Positions 30,536 to 40,053 of a DNA stretch of 64,000 bases are shown here, one piece after another. The stretch's first letter is position 1; the number at the start of each line of letters is the position of its first letter. The stretch is from IMG/VR virus record IMGVR_UViG_3300043803_001696. The stretch is one strand, 5' to 3'. Origin of the DNA: an uncultured virus (IMG/VR IMGVR_UViG_3300043803_001696). Taxonomy: Duplodnaviria > Heunggongvirae > Uroviricota > Caudoviricetes. The notes beneath the pieces were generated by a model. That model searched no databases. It saw only the letters and a list, made by a program, of their open reading frames with translations, and was not told the origin of the DNA. Both the position numbers and the translations under genes were made by a program.

Positions 30536-30590
30536 ATTCTACATCTATCACCGTTGTCTCTTTTGGTCTTGTAAGCTTAAGGCAGGTCAA

Positions 30591-31094
30591 TTGAATATTG
30601 CCATGGGGATGAGAAATGGACCAAATGAACTCCTCCATTCGCTCACTGAATTACGCCCAGGCGACGCCAAAAGACGTTATCGAAAAAGTATCTTTGAAGA
30701 CTTTCCCACGAGGGGAGCGTTAGGTCATTGCACTTGCGCTTATTGCGGCGTGTGGAATGAAAAGCTAACCATTGATCACATTGTCCCCAAAAGCAAAGGC
30801 GGTCCGCACTTTGCAAAATGGAACAACATCCCTTCATGTTTGGCATGCAATGCAGACAAAGGAAGCCTGCCATTGTTTGAATGGTGGAGGCCCAAACAGT
30901 TCTGGTCCCAAAAGCGAGAAGAAACACTTCTTGCCTGGATTCACGCTCATAGTTTTGTGAGCGCTCACACTGACATTGGAGATTGGGAGCAATGGATGGA
31001 AGAAACTCAACGGGTGCTGCCCATTCATGAACGTCCCAAAGAAAAAGCGGCCTTTATGTGGCCGCCTTCTTTGCAAGTGAGACTAGCTAGTTAG
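30591..31094 (+). CDS. HNH endonuclease
   Basis: CAYCG...LTIDHIVPKSKGG...N...SCLACNADKG. Confidence 0.9.
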   Translation: MNIAMGMRNGPNELLHSLTELRPGDAKRRYRKSIFEDFPTRGALGHCTCAYCGVWNEKLTIDHIVPKSKGGPHFAKWNNIPSCLACNADKGSLPLFEWWRPKQFWSQKREETLLAWIHAHSFVSAHTDIGDWEQWMEETQRVLPIHERPKEKAAFMWPPSLQVRLAS

Positions 31095-31477
31095 CTAACC
31101 GGCTGAAAGAATGGTTCCGAAGGTCCCTGTCTGGTGCCAGGCAAGGGGCAGAAGCCATCAGGGCATCCGCTGGCCATGTAATCATCAGGGTCGTATTGAA
31201 CACTTGACACTGCCTCCATTGTTTCCTTCACTGCCTTGCCAAGCAGGGCCTCTTCCAGCTCGCGAAGGGCAATCAGGCGTTCCAGATACCATTGGGCTTT
31301 CTTAAGGTCTTCAGCGCCATTCTTTTTGGAATAGCGCCAAACGTATTTCTGGACATTACCTTTGAGAAAACCCTTGAATTCTTCCACACTCATGGAAGCC
31401 TCAATGGCTTCAATACATTGAATGCTTCCGAAGCTGTCTGCATAATGTGCAGGGCTATTCACTGGATCGTTCATCAT
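31091..31477 (-). CDS. DUF3310-family protein
   Basis: DPVNSPAHY...CIEAI...GNVQKYVWRY..KNGAEDLKKAQWYLERL. Confidence 0.88.
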   Translation of the reverse strand: MMNDPVNSPAHYADSFGSIQCIEAIEASMSVEEFKGFLKGNVQKYVWRYSKKNGAEDLKKAQWYLERLIALRELEEALLGKAVKETMEAVSSVQYDPDDYMASGCPDGFCPLPGTRQGPSEPFFQPVS

Positions 31478-32187
31478 CAGAATTGGTAGTTGTTTGCTTG
31501 AAAGGCTTCAAAAGCTTCAGGGGCAATGGGAGTAGCAAGCTCTAGGAGGGCTTTTGCGTAAGCAACAATCTCCCCTTGAGCGCCATGGCCAATGCGCAGA
31601 GCAATGAAATGGAGCAGGGCTTGCAGAGAGCACGTCCAAGTGAAGGAGGTGTACATACAAGCGGGCAGGACACCCCTTGCCTGCTCTCTGCTAATACCCG
31701 CCATCACCATGGCTCCATAAGCCTCCTGGGCTGCCTGGATGGCCTCTGCATAGGCATTGAAGGCAATGGCTGCTTCACGCTTTGCAGCAGGACCGTCTGA
31801 AGCTTGGCGATTATTTTCGCTTTGCTTCATGAATTCCAAAGGCACGTAAAAGTCCACGTCGTCTGCTGGGCAGTAACGAAAGCTTTTCTCATTCCAACCC
31901 AGTTGATCATCAACGTAAGTGGATGCCACTGTATGCTTCCACCATTGGCGAGCAATAAACAGTGGTGCTTTGACGTGCCATTTGAAGACCACGCCCCTAA
32001 AAGGGGAAGTGTGGTGCTCGCGAGCCAAGTAGTTGAGAAGTTTTGCATCCTTGGCGGAAAACTCCTCAGAGCGAGCTTCAAAGCTTTGGCGAGCATCATT
32101 GACAATGGAAAGACTGTTTCCCATGGAGTCAACCAGCATCACCAGGCTTTTCCCATCGCCCAGTGGATCAAGAAGCGGGAGCGTCAT
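31477..32187 (-). CDS. thyX: flavin-dependent thymidylate synthase
   Basis: HTSPF, APLFIARQWWKH, WNEKSFRY, REQARGVLP, LR...AQGEI. Confidence 0.93.
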   Translation of the reverse strand: MTLPLLDPLGDGKSLVMLVDSMGNSLSIVNDARQSFEARSEEFSAKDAKLLNYLAREHHTSPFRGVVFKWHVKAPLFIARQWWKHTVASTYVDDQLGWNEKSFRYCPADDVDFYVPLEFMKQSENNRQASDGPAAKREAAIAFNAYAEAIQAAQEAYGAMVMAGISREQARGVLPACMYTSFTWTCSLQALLHFIALRIGHGAQGEIVAYAKALLELATPIAPEAFEAFQANNYQF

Positions 32188-32317
32188 CTGATGGCTTCAT
32201 GGAAGGAGAGGAGGCATGCCAATCATAGTCGTAGCAGTGCTTTTCGGCAAGCCGTCTTTTCTTTTTCGGGCCTTTCGCCATGGTTTTTACACTTGCTTCG
32301 CTATTTGCGAATAGCCT

Positions 32318-32704
32318 ATGGAAAGAAGGACGACAACGATGAGCTTTGTAATTCCTGTGCAGCTTGCCTACAATGGCAAAAACTACATGAGTCAGATGGG
32401 GCCTTTCAATCATTCAACTGAGCGCGAGTTTGCTCTCACCGTGAACCGTCGCGCCATTGATGATTGCACAAGCCTGGAGCAGCTCAAGCCCGTAACCAAA
32501 AATCTTCTGGAAGGCTGGTCATCCATGCAAACCGCCTTCCAAGATTTAATGATTGAAAACATCAAGCTTCGTCAAGCTCTTGACAAAAGCCGATTGGATG
32601 TTGAAGCCGCCGAAGAACTGTTGGTGCAGGCTAGTTCCGTAATTGACGGTCTGACAAAAAAGAAGCAATCAGCGCAAGCCAGGCGGAATCTTTGGCCATG
32701 GTAG
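32318..32704 (+). CDS. NblA-like protein with coiled-coil extension (tentative)
   Basis: STEREFAL...AIDDCTSLEQLK...LLEGW resembles the NblA helix-loop-helix pattern. Confidence 0.4.
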   Translation: MERRTTTMSFVIPVQLAYNGKNYMSQMGPFNHSTEREFALTVNRRAIDDCTSLEQLKPVTKNLLEGWSSMQTAFQDLMIENIKLRQALDKSRLDVEAAEELLVQASSVIDGLTKKKQSAQARRNLWPW

Positions 32705-33005
32705 ACGTGAGCAAAAAAATGGTCCAATTGCTCGTATAAGCGAGATTGTATTTGCGACAATCTCTTTCATAACCAGAGCCAGTGACGTGGCGGCCACGAT
32801 TGTAAACGCCACCTTGGATTTCGATGCCAGTGCGAGAGATGGGATGAGCAAAATCTAGGCGGTAGCGCTTGGAACGTTTTGACTTAGCGTGGCGCTCTTG
32901 AAAATCTTTTTCCCACGCATCAATATCAGAAAATTCTCTTTCAAGAATTAACTTGGGATAGTGTGCTTGCCAGAGGCTGAGAAACTGATCTTCAAGAGCG
33001 CTCAA
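32631..33005 (-). CDS. Vsr/DUF559-like PD-(D/E)XK endonuclease
   Basis: RYRLDFAHP...IEIQGG...GRH...YERDCRKYN. Confidence 0.8.
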   Translation of the reverse strand: MSALEDQFLSLWQAHYPKLILEREFSDIDAWEKDFQERHAKSKRSKRYRLDFAHPISRTGIEIQGGVYNRGRHVTGSGYERDCRKYNLAYTSNWTIFLLTSTMAKDSAWLALIASFLSDRQLRN

Positions 33006-33008
33006 CAG

Positions 33009-33602
33009 CTAGACAGCAGCTAGATGCACTGTAGCGCCTTGATTCTGGTAGTGGCCAGAATAGGCTTCTTGCACATCACTGGTAAGGCGATAGAGCATGA
33101 TTTGCACAATCCCTTCATTCGCATAGATGCGAGCCGTGAAAGGCGTTGGATTGGCAATGTGCATGGTCAAATAACCAGACCAGCCAGGCTCAATGGGCGT
33201 CACGTTGATAATGATGCCACAGCGAGCGTAGGTGCTTTTCCCATCGCATAAGCCCATCACATTGGTGGGCATGGAAATCAGCTCAAGGCTGGTTCCAAGA
33301 CCAAAAGAAAAAGGAGGAAGCTCAAAGAATGCACTTCCTTCGCGATGAACCAACCCAGATCGGTATGGAATGCTGTCATCCGCTTTCTTGGGGTCTAGCG
33401 TGAGATTGGGCCTGTAATCTCCTTCGTCTGTGAAGACGAGAAACTCTTTCGGGGAAAGGCGAATGTCATAACCTGCCTGGGAAAGGCCATACGAGATGGC
33501 CTTAGTCCCGTTGGACAGGGAGCGTCGCTTTTCCCCAACGTAAGGCGTAAAAATGTCAAGCTCAGCAAGCTCGGCAATTTCCTTATCGTTGAGGAGGCTC
33601 AT
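33009..33602 (-). CDS. dcd: dCTP deaminase
   Basis: ISYGLSQAGYDIRL, GKSTYARCG, TPIEPGWSG, YANEGIVQ, YQNQ. Confidence 0.93.
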   Translation of the reverse strand: MSLLNDKEIAELAELDIFTPYVGEKRRSLSNGTKAISYGLSQAGYDIRLSPKEFLVFTDEGDYRPNLTLDPKKADDSIPYRSGLVHREGSAFFELPPFSFGLGTSLELISMPTNVMGLCDGKSTYARCGIIINVTPIEPGWSGYLTMHIANPTPFTARIYANEGIVQIMLYRLTSDVQEAYSGHYQNQGATVHLAAV

Positions 33603-33605
33603 GGC

Positions 33606-33860
33606 TCAGAACAGATCGTCGGAACTGCCGCCACGATTGTCCCAGACGCTGGCGTAGCCTTTGGGGGCTTCGCGATCAGCACCTTTCACCTTTACGCTGC
33701 CCGTATAGCCAGGCGCACGATCAGAGGTTTTCTTGGTGTTTTCCCACACTGCAAGATCAAGGGAATAGTTGCCACGCTCATTGGGGCCAGCCTGCTTAAG
33801 TGCATTGAGCACGTCAGGGGTGAGGTCGATTGCAGCAGTGATAGGGGGCCGATTGGCCAT
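33606..33860 (-). CDS. putative single-stranded DNA-binding protein
   Basis: 84 aa, KKTSDRAPGYTG, acidic DDLF tail; next to exonuclease and annealase. Confidence 0.55.
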   Translation of the reverse strand: MANRPPITAAIDLTPDVLNALKQAGPNERGNYSLDLAVWENTKKTSDRAPGYTGSVKVKGADREAPKGYASVWDNRGGSSDDLF

Positions 33861-33907
33861 GGTGTTTCTCCGTAGGAGGGATGGTAGCCCGTTTGGGCCC
33901 GCTCATC

Positions 33908-34672
33908 TTACCCCCTATCCTCTGTAAGGGCAAATGCCCTGCCGCCTGGGTAGTGCGCCTTGAAGTATCTCTTAACAGTGTCGTGCATGATGCGCTGTTG
34001 GCTAATCAGCTCAAACCCATCAAGGTGGAGCAATTGCAGAGAGGGCTCCACCTCTTTGTTCTCAGGGTCGTAGCAGGCGATCACGCACCATGCCTCATCA
34101 ATGGAACAAGAATAAAGTTGTTCTGCTGCCATGGCATAGGCGCCCAATTGCCGCTTGTAATCTGCCAGTTGGTAATCAGGCTTTTCTTTGTAGCTGGTTT
34201 TCCAATCGACGAGCGCCACTGATCCATCCCCCATCGCCGCCACCATATCCAGCGTGCCGCTGTAGCCAATGTGATCTTCCTCGTGCCACCATGCCACGGC
34301 GCTTTCTACAAGGATGGGCGTTTCAATGGTGGCAAGGAATGGCTCCACTGCTTCAAAATATGGCAGCCAGTCTGGGGCTTTCTCTAGGTGATGCTCAATG
34401 TCTTCTCCATTGAAATGATCCTCAATCACGCCGTGCATCCATGTGCCGCGATTAGCAGCAAGCCTGGTGCGCCTCTTTGCCTCCTCCTCCCCCACTCGTT
34501 TGCGCCAGTTGATTAACGCCATGATCTTTCCCACGGGAGCCATGGAAGAAAGCACAGTGGTGGTAGAGGGCAGGAGCATGCCCTCTGGTACGTTTGGAAA
34601 GCCCAAGCATTGGTAGTGTCTTTTGCCGTTGAGACTAATGCGACGAGGCTCAAAAGGCTGTAGAGCAAGCAT
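33908..34672 (-). CDS. PD-(D/E)XK exonuclease
   Basis: PSTTTVL, RGTWMH, YSGTLD...DWKTS...QLGAYAMA. Confidence 0.88.
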   Translation of the reverse strand: MLALQPFEPRRISLNGKRHYQCLGFPNVPEGMLLPSTTTVLSSMAPVGKIMALINWRKRVGEEEAKRRTRLAANRGTWMHGVIEDHFNGEDIEHHLEKAPDWLPYFEAVEPFLATIETPILVESAVAWWHEEDHIGYSGTLDMVAAMGDGSVALVDWKTSYKEKPDYQLADYKRQLGAYAMAAEQLYSCSIDEAWCVIACYDPENKEVEPSLQLLHLDGFELISQQRIMHDTVKRYFKAHYPGGRAFALTEDRG

Positions 34673-34710
34673 GGGAAGGGAGGCAAGACCCAGATCGTAA
34701 CAGGCCTTTC

Positions 34711-34851
34711 CTATCGTGACGGCACGCAGTAGTTACCGCTGCGATAGTAACCCAATGGGCAAGAGCCGCCGTTGTAAGGCAAGGGCTGGTTGCAGGCCAT
34801 CACTGGCATTGGACACAGAAAGAAAACAATGGAGCAAGCAAGGATTTTCAT
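34711..34851 (-). CDS. small secreted Cys-containing peptide (46 aa)
   Basis: Read by hand: MKILACSIVFFLCPMPVMA-CNQPLPYNGGSCPLGYYRSGNYCVPSR. Confidence 0.55.
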   Translation of the reverse strand: MKILACSIVFFLCPMPVMACNQPLPYNGGSCPLGYYRSGNYCVPSR

Positions 34852-34930
34852 AGTTCAGAAATTAAGTAGCCGTCGCCATCAGTGACAATTTCCCCAGCAA
34901 AGGCCCGCGCTAGGCGGGCCGAAGCCAGGT

Positions 34931-35905
34931 CTATTGCTTTCCCTGAACGAACACTTGCACTCCCTTAATGGCCTGCTCAACAGTGCCTTCAGTGCAAATG
35001 GCTCGCAGCGCATCAATTTCCTTTGCCATTGCGGCTTTGGTAATCTTGATGCCTTTTTCCTTAGTCCATGAGGTGACCATGGTTGTGATGACATTGGCAA
35101 ACATTGCACTGTCCTTCACGTCGTCGCCCTTGGAAAGGCCGATGCCTTCCAAGCCTGCCTTCACGGCTTGCATACTGTTCTTGCGCTCTCCATAGCCAAG
35201 GGGGTCTGCATCCCCGAAAGCAAGAAGCGCTGCCTTGCCATCAAACTCACTGGTTCCATTGGCGGCAGAAGATTCAATTGTTCCAACTGCAGGAGTAGCG
35301 TTTTCAACTGGCGCTGCCTTCTCTGCTGGCCGCGCAACAGGCTTCGGCGTTTCCTGTTGGAGCGGGAGTTTGGGAGTTGCTTTTTCATCGTCTGCCTTAG
35401 GGATGTCTTCGCCGGAATAGAGCTTGAGACCAAGGCCAGTGAAGGTGGCAATGCACTTCACGCTGGCGCGTTGGATGTTGTCGCTCACCTGACGAGCATC
35501 AAGCTCTTTTACTGCATTGTGCTTGTTGTCCATGATGGGAAACACCAGCGCAGGAGTGCGACGAGCTCCGTCCGTCAGATAGGGACGCAGAAGCCAGCAA
35601 CCTTCTTTACCAAACACAGGCCAGCCAATGGTGCTCTCCTCAAAAGCAACGAACAGAGCAGGGAACTGTTCTTTCAAATAGCGGAAAGCAAAAGGCCAGG
35701 AAAGGTAGGACAGGCCTTTGTAGTTTTTCTCTACATGCTCACCAATGGGAAGTTCATAGGCAGTGGTAAAAGCCTCGGGGGAGATTTCAAGAGGAGTGAA
35801 CATGCCAAGCGAGCGTTCGGTCATCATGGTCTGAGAAACATTGTCCATGGACTGAAAATCAGCGGGGTTGTAGGTGAAGATGGTATGAGAGGGCAGGCTA
35901 ATCAC
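34931..35905 (-). CDS. single-strand annealing protein (Sak3/DUF1071-like)
   Basis: EKNYKGLSYLSW, PIMDNKHNA, QRASVKCIA...GLGLKLYSGEDIP. Confidence 0.85.
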   Translation of the reverse strand: MISLPSHTIFTYNPADFQSMDNVSQTMMTERSLGMFTPLEISPEAFTTAYELPIGEHVEKNYKGLSYLSWPFAFRYLKEQFPALFVAFEESTIGWPVFGKEGCWLLRPYLTDGARRTPALVFPIMDNKHNAVKELDARQVSDNIQRASVKCIATFTGLGLKLYSGEDIPKADDEKATPKLPLQQETPKPVARPAEKAAPVENATPAVGTIESSAANGTSEFDGKAALLAFGDADPLGYGERKNSMQAVKAGLEGIGLSKGDDVKDSAMFANVITTMVTSWTKEKGIKITKAAMAKEIDALRAICTEGTVEQAIKGVQVFVQGKQ

Positions 35906-36165
35906 GGTTCAATGGAGGAATCGAATTTGTAACTGTTGTCATAAAAAATGACAAGCTTTTGAGGTTTTTCGCCTTCGTATGTGACAAGGCTGGAACCCGG
36001 AAGCGGCCAATCAGTAACCAAGCGAATATCACTCACTCGCTCAGTATTCTTCTCGTCATACCCTTCCTCCATTGCTCCTTGTTCAAAACAAAGAAGCACT
36101 TCAATGTCGGGGCCAGCAACGGCTTGCGCTTTGTTAAGAAGTTGAAGCAGCTCGGACAGTTTCAT
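35902..36165 (-). CDS. hypothetical protein
   Basis: 87 aa, coupled to neighbours. Confidence 0.6.
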   Translation of the reverse strand: MKLSELLQLLNKAQAVAGPDIEVLLCFEQGAMEEGYDEKNTERVSDIRLVTDWPLPGSSLVTYEGEKPQKLVIFYDNSYKFDSSIEP

Positions 36166-36395
36166 GGTGCGTCGGAATGATTAGAAAGAACGGCGTAGTC
36201 AATACAGGCTTCCCATGCCTCGTTTGCAAAAGCATTGCTGCCTTCCCATGCGGGCACCGATCTAATGAGGCGCTCAAGGGTTTCGGAGCGGGATAGGCAG
36301 GCGTGATCAGCAATGCTGCAAAGATGACTGTATGCAGTGTCAGACAGGGTGAAGTGCTTGCGATGCTTGCCGCCCTCATAAGGGCTTCTGGGCAT
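36162..36395 (-). CDS. ribbon-helix-helix (CopG-like) DNA-binding protein
   Basis: RKHFTLSDTAYSHL...LSRSETLERLIR; likely ATG at 36395. Confidence 0.7.
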   Translation of the reverse strand: MPRSPYEGGKHRKHFTLSDTAYSHLCSIADHACLSRSETLERLIRSVPAWEGSNAFANEAWEACIDYAVLSNHSDAP

Positions 36396-36531
36396 GGTTG
36401 ATGCTCGTGGTTCAGGCCCACAATAGCCAGCGAGAAGCCTTTCGCAAGCATGGTGGCCATCAGAATGTCTTATGGTTGCCGCTGGTTGCGACTGCTGAAC
36501 GGAACTGGCATGATGGTGGACGCCGTTCCCA

Positions 36532-38499
36532 TTGCTCATGTCATTCTCAATACTGGACCACCTTGATTCACTTGAGAAAAGCAACGAGCCTGGCAAGTAT
36601 CAGTGTCCAGCTTGTGGAGGGAATGACTTTACTGTCAACAAAAACACGGGCGGCTACAACTGCTGGCACGATCCATCCCCTGCTCATCGCGCTGAAATTC
36701 GCGACACCCTAGCCCCTCTCACTCGCTGGGAGAAACCCTCGCGGGATCCTGGTCGCTATCAGTTTGACTACAGGAATGGCGATGGGAGGGAAGTGGTGAG
36801 GGTGCATCGTGATGACACCTCAGGCAGCAAGAAGATTTGGCAAGAATTTCCCACCATTAAAGAAGGCGGCAATCACAAAACTCAACTGCAGGAAGTAAAG
36901 GCTGGCATCCTTCCATACAAATATTCGGAAGCAGTTGCTGAAAGTGAAAAGACTGGCCTCCCTGTGTTCATTGTTGAAGGGGAGCTGACTTGTGAGGCCA
37001 TGTGGGCCATTGGCCTGCCTTGTGTCACCTTCCTTGGCGGAAGCAAGCAGTATCGCACCAATGGCGACTACTCCCATCTGTTTAGAAGCGTTCAGGCGGT
37101 GCTGTGCCCTGATAGGGACCAGCAGGGCGTGGCCTTCATGGCAGAAGTGGCAGCCGACAATCCTGGCGCACAGTGGCTTTATGCAGATCCTCGCAGTTGG
37201 GAATGGGACAATCTTCCAACTGGCAACGGCTATGACATTGCCGACTACATCGAAGAAGGCGCCACTAAAGACGACTTGCTGGCTTCCATTGGAACCAATC
37301 GTCACCAACGGCGAGATGGTAAGCCATCGTATGAAGAAATCATTTCCACCATTGAAGGTTTTGTTGGGTTGTATGCCAATGATGCTCGCATTGCTTACGA
37401 AGCTTCTGCATGGTTAGAGCAACATGGCGTGAAGATGAGTCAGCAAAATGTTGACAAGATCGTTGAAGAAGCGAAGGGGCGCATCTATGGCAGGGAAGAA
37501 ATTGAAACCATTGATGCCATGACCATCGCCAATTCAGACAAGGCTAGGGAATGGCTCATTGCAGGCATCATGCCCCTTGGCAGTGTGATGCTCTTGGCGG
37601 CATCCGGCGGTACTGGAAAAAGTACTGTTGCTTACAACTGGGCGCTAAACATTGCTCAGGGCCAGCCATGGAGCGGAAGGCGTTGCATGAAAGGCAAAAG
37701 CCTCATCATTCAAAGTGACGAACCCTTGGTAGACACCAGCGAGAAGCTGGGAGTGATTGGCTATCAAGATGCAGCTTTGGAACCGGGCACCATTTGTTTC
37801 TGGGAAAGCTGGCGCTTTGCCCACATGAAACAGCTAGAAGACTATGTGAGAAGGCACCGCCCTTTATTCGTCACCATTGATAGTCTCACCGCCTGCCTTG
37901 CAGGAATGAATGTTGACTTAATCAAGAGCAATGCTGGCGATGTAATTTACGGCCTGCGAGATATTGCTAATACCTATCGCTGTTCAATTCTCATTCTTCA
38001 CCATTTGAACAAGAGTGGTGGCCTGCGAGATTCGACCAGCTTTGTAGACAACGTTAGTGAGGTGGTGAAGCTCACTCGCTCTGAAGGCAACTTCGACCCC
38101 AATGAATTCACTCTTGAATGGCTTAAGAGTAGGAGTGGCCTGACGGGCAAGCATTCCCTGCAGCGTGATAGTTTGAACTATGGCTGGCGTTATACAGGCC
38201 CCATTGGTGGTTCGCTGGAGGAACTGGATCAAGCCGTCAACACCATCAACATGCGAAAGACTGAGCGTTTTAACAAGCAGCAAGTGGCCTCTTTGGCTGG
38301 CAATTGGGACGTGGCAGCTATTGGCAAGATGCTGGAAGTGGCCAGGAGGCAAGGGCTTATCACCAGTAGCTTTCAAGATGGTCCCAATGGAGAAAAGACA
38401 AGGATGTATCAATCTTGGGACTATCAAGAGCCTGAGTTCAACTTTGACCCTGCCCCTCAGTCTGCCCCTGCAGAGGCAGAAGAAGAAGACTTTTTCTAG
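36532..38499 (+). CDS. primase-helicase (Zn finger, TOPRIM, RepA/AAA_25 helicase)
   Basis: CPACG...NCWH; FIVEGE...PDRD..G; ASGGTGKST Walker A; TIDSL; ILHHLNK. Confidence 0.92.
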   Translation: MLMSFSILDHLDSLEKSNEPGKYQCPACGGNDFTVNKNTGGYNCWHDPSPAHRAEIRDTLAPLTRWEKPSRDPGRYQFDYRNGDGREVVRVHRDDTSGSKKIWQEFPTIKEGGNHKTQLQEVKAGILPYKYSEAVAESEKTGLPVFIVEGELTCEAMWAIGLPCVTFLGGSKQYRTNGDYSHLFRSVQAVLCPDRDQQGVAFMAEVAADNPGAQWLYADPRSWEWDNLPTGNGYDIADYIEEGATKDDLLASIGTNRHQRRDGKPSYEEIISTIEGFVGLYANDARIAYEASAWLEQHGVKMSQQNVDKIVEEAKGRIYGREEIETIDAMTIANSDKAREWLIAGIMPLGSVMLLAASGGTGKSTVAYNWALNIAQGQPWSGRRCMKGKSLIIQSDEPLVDTSEKLGVIGYQDAALEPGTICFWESWRFAHMKQLEDYVRRHRPLFVTIDSLTACLAGMNVDLIKSNAGDVIYGLRDIANTYRCSILILHHLNKSGGLRDSTSFVDNVSEVVKLTRSEGNFDPNEFTLEWLKSRSGLTGKHSLQRDSLNYGWRYTGPIGGSLEELDQAVNTINMRKTERFNKQQVASLAGNWDVAAIGKMLEVARRQGLITSSFQDGPNGEKTRMYQSWDYQEPEFNFDPAPQSAPAEAEEEDFF

Positions 38500-38525
38500 A
38501 CTGTTTTCATTCCATTGAAAAGACC

Positions 38526-38675
38526 ATGGCTATCATCTGGGACCAATCGCCTCAAGCTTCCGAAGAGGAAATTGAAAAGATCATTGAAGAAGCTGAGCAA
38601 GATTATGAAGTGAAAGCAGAAGTGGAGGAAAAGGCTAGGCAGCTAAAAAGCCCCTTTCGGGGCTTCGGTAATTAA
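38526..38675 (+). CDS. small acidic protein (49 aa)
   Basis: Read by hand: MAIIWDQSPQASEEEIEKIIEE... Confidence 0.5.
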   Translation: MAIIWDQSPQASEEEIEKIIEEAEQDYEVKAEVEEKARQLKSPFRGFGN

Positions 38676-38713
38676 AGGATGGGTCTCAATCCTTAATAAG
38701 CTTCGCCTCTATT

Positions 38714-38740
38714 AAAGGCTCCTTACGGGGCCTTTTTGTT
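38714..38740 (+). terminator. putative terminator
   Basis: AAAGGCTCC-ttac-GGGGCCTTT-TTGTTT between convergent genes. Confidence 0.55.
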
Positions 38741-38886
38741 TGCCTTGTTGGTCTGCCAGCGAAGACGCTCCATCTCTCGGCGCTCGCTTCTGTCCTTGCC
38801 ATAGAGCCAATCCTGCATGGACTGACCAGGCTTTGGGCCGTTGCGAGGCAGACGAATGATCTTGCCTTGATCGGGCTCGGAAGGGT

Positions 38887-39069
38887 TCACTTGAGACGCG
38901 TGCGGGGGACAAGGCGAGGATCGCTGTGCTTGTAGGTGATGAGCCAATGGGTGATGGCTTCCTTGTCCACCTGCGGCTTGGCGCACCACCTTTCCAGCCA
39001 TTCCTTGGAATGACCATTGGCGCTAAGCCATTCATCCGTGTGAATTTCAGGGGCTATGCCGTAGTCCAT
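38887..39069 (-). CDS. hypothetical protein
   Basis: 60 aa; overlapped by a second minus-strand ORF ending at 38723. Confidence 0.45.
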   Translation of the reverse strand: MDYGIAPEIHTDEWLSANGHSKEWLERWCAKPQVDKEAITHWLITYKHSDPRLVPRTRLK

Positions 39070-39256
39070 TGATTTGGAGGAAAGGACTTCCCAATGCTAG
39101 CCCCATCGTCAAATTTTATGTGCCAATAAGAAACTGGCACACTGCTTATTGATTTTCGGAAAAATCTCTTTACTCTGGTTCTCGTAAGGGCTCACTTACG
39201 CGCACTTACTGCAGAGAGAGCTTGTGATAAAGCGAAAGCCCTGCAACCCTTTCGCT

Positions 39257-39309
39257 AGAGCGCCTACGCGCACCAGCGAGCCCCCAGGCGAGCTTTTTCA
39301 CGGCGCTCT
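39257..39309 (+). repeat. structured CCCA-hairpin element, copy 1
   Basis: AGAGCGCC-tacgcgcacc-AGCgaGCC-CCCA-GGCgaGCT-ttttcac-GGCGCTCT. Confidence 0.75.
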
Positions 39310-39354
39310 TCTCTTCAATTCCCCTCTAAACTACTGAGGCGAATTTCTTTCTTC

Positions 39355-39600
39355 ATGATCAAACCGCCCTTTCCTCCTGATCGTCTTCCGACTATGGAGC
39401 ATGCGGGAGTTACTATTGAACCTTTCGTTCACCATGGTTTCTCTCAACCAAATCGTGGCCCCTCTCCTAAATCTCGCACTCTCTATGGTGCTCGTGATAC
39501 TGCAGGTGAACGCCACTGGCGAGGAAGTTATGAAGAAATCGCATCTTTAATTGATCGCAACTTTGAAACCCCTGCTCTTGCTAGCGGCCTTGCATCATGA
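39355..39600 (+). CDS. hypothetical protein
   Basis: 81 aa, ATGA-coupled to the next gene. Confidence 0.6.
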   Translation: MIKPPFPPDRLPTMEHAGVTIEPFVHHGFSQPNRGPSPKSRTLYGARDTAGERHWRGSYEEIASLIDRNFETPALASGLAS

Positions 39601-39908
39601 CTGACATTGAACAGTTCCTCAAGGAACTAGAAAGCATCAAGGCAAATCAAAAAGCATTGGCTGAAAAGGAAGCACAATGCAAAGCAGACCTTCTGGCAGC
39701 AATGCAGGAAGATGGCCTTGAAAAAGAAGAAAGCCCTTATGGCACCATTCGCATTCAGCGTCGTTATGACAAGGACTATGGAAGCGAAATCAGGGCGATG
39801 GAGGAAGAGCTTAAGGCTGCCAAGAAGCTAAAAGACGACCTGGGTGATTATGAAATCCTGGGCTTCAAGGATAGCTTGGTGTACACACCTCCCAAGGATT
39901 TGTTCTGA
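39597..39908 (+). CDS. coiled-coil protein (Gp157/Gam-like, tentative)
   Basis: Coiled coil then LLAAMQEDGLEK...YGTIRI. Confidence 0.4.
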   Translation: MTDIEQFLKELESIKANQKALAEKEAQCKADLLAAMQEDGLEKEESPYGTIRIQRRYDKDYGSEIRAMEEELKAAKKLKDDLGDYEILGFKDSLVYTPPKDLF

Positions 39909-39910
39909 CA

Positions 39911-40033
39911 ATGGACAAGGATGCCATTGAGCGCCTGATTGACGCAAAAATTCTTGCTCATGAAAGGCGCATTGGTTGGATTAGCGGCATTGCAGGAGCA
40001 CTCTTCATGGGTGCTCTTTTTCTTTTACAATAA
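39911..40033 (+). CDS. small membrane protein (40 aa)
   Basis: Read by hand: MDKDAIERLIDAKILAHERRIGWISGIAGALFMGALFLLQ. Confidence 0.55.
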   Translation: MDKDAIERLIDAKILAHERRIGWISGIAGALFMGALFLLQ

Positions 40034-40053
40034 GTCAGCATTTCCTGACGGCC

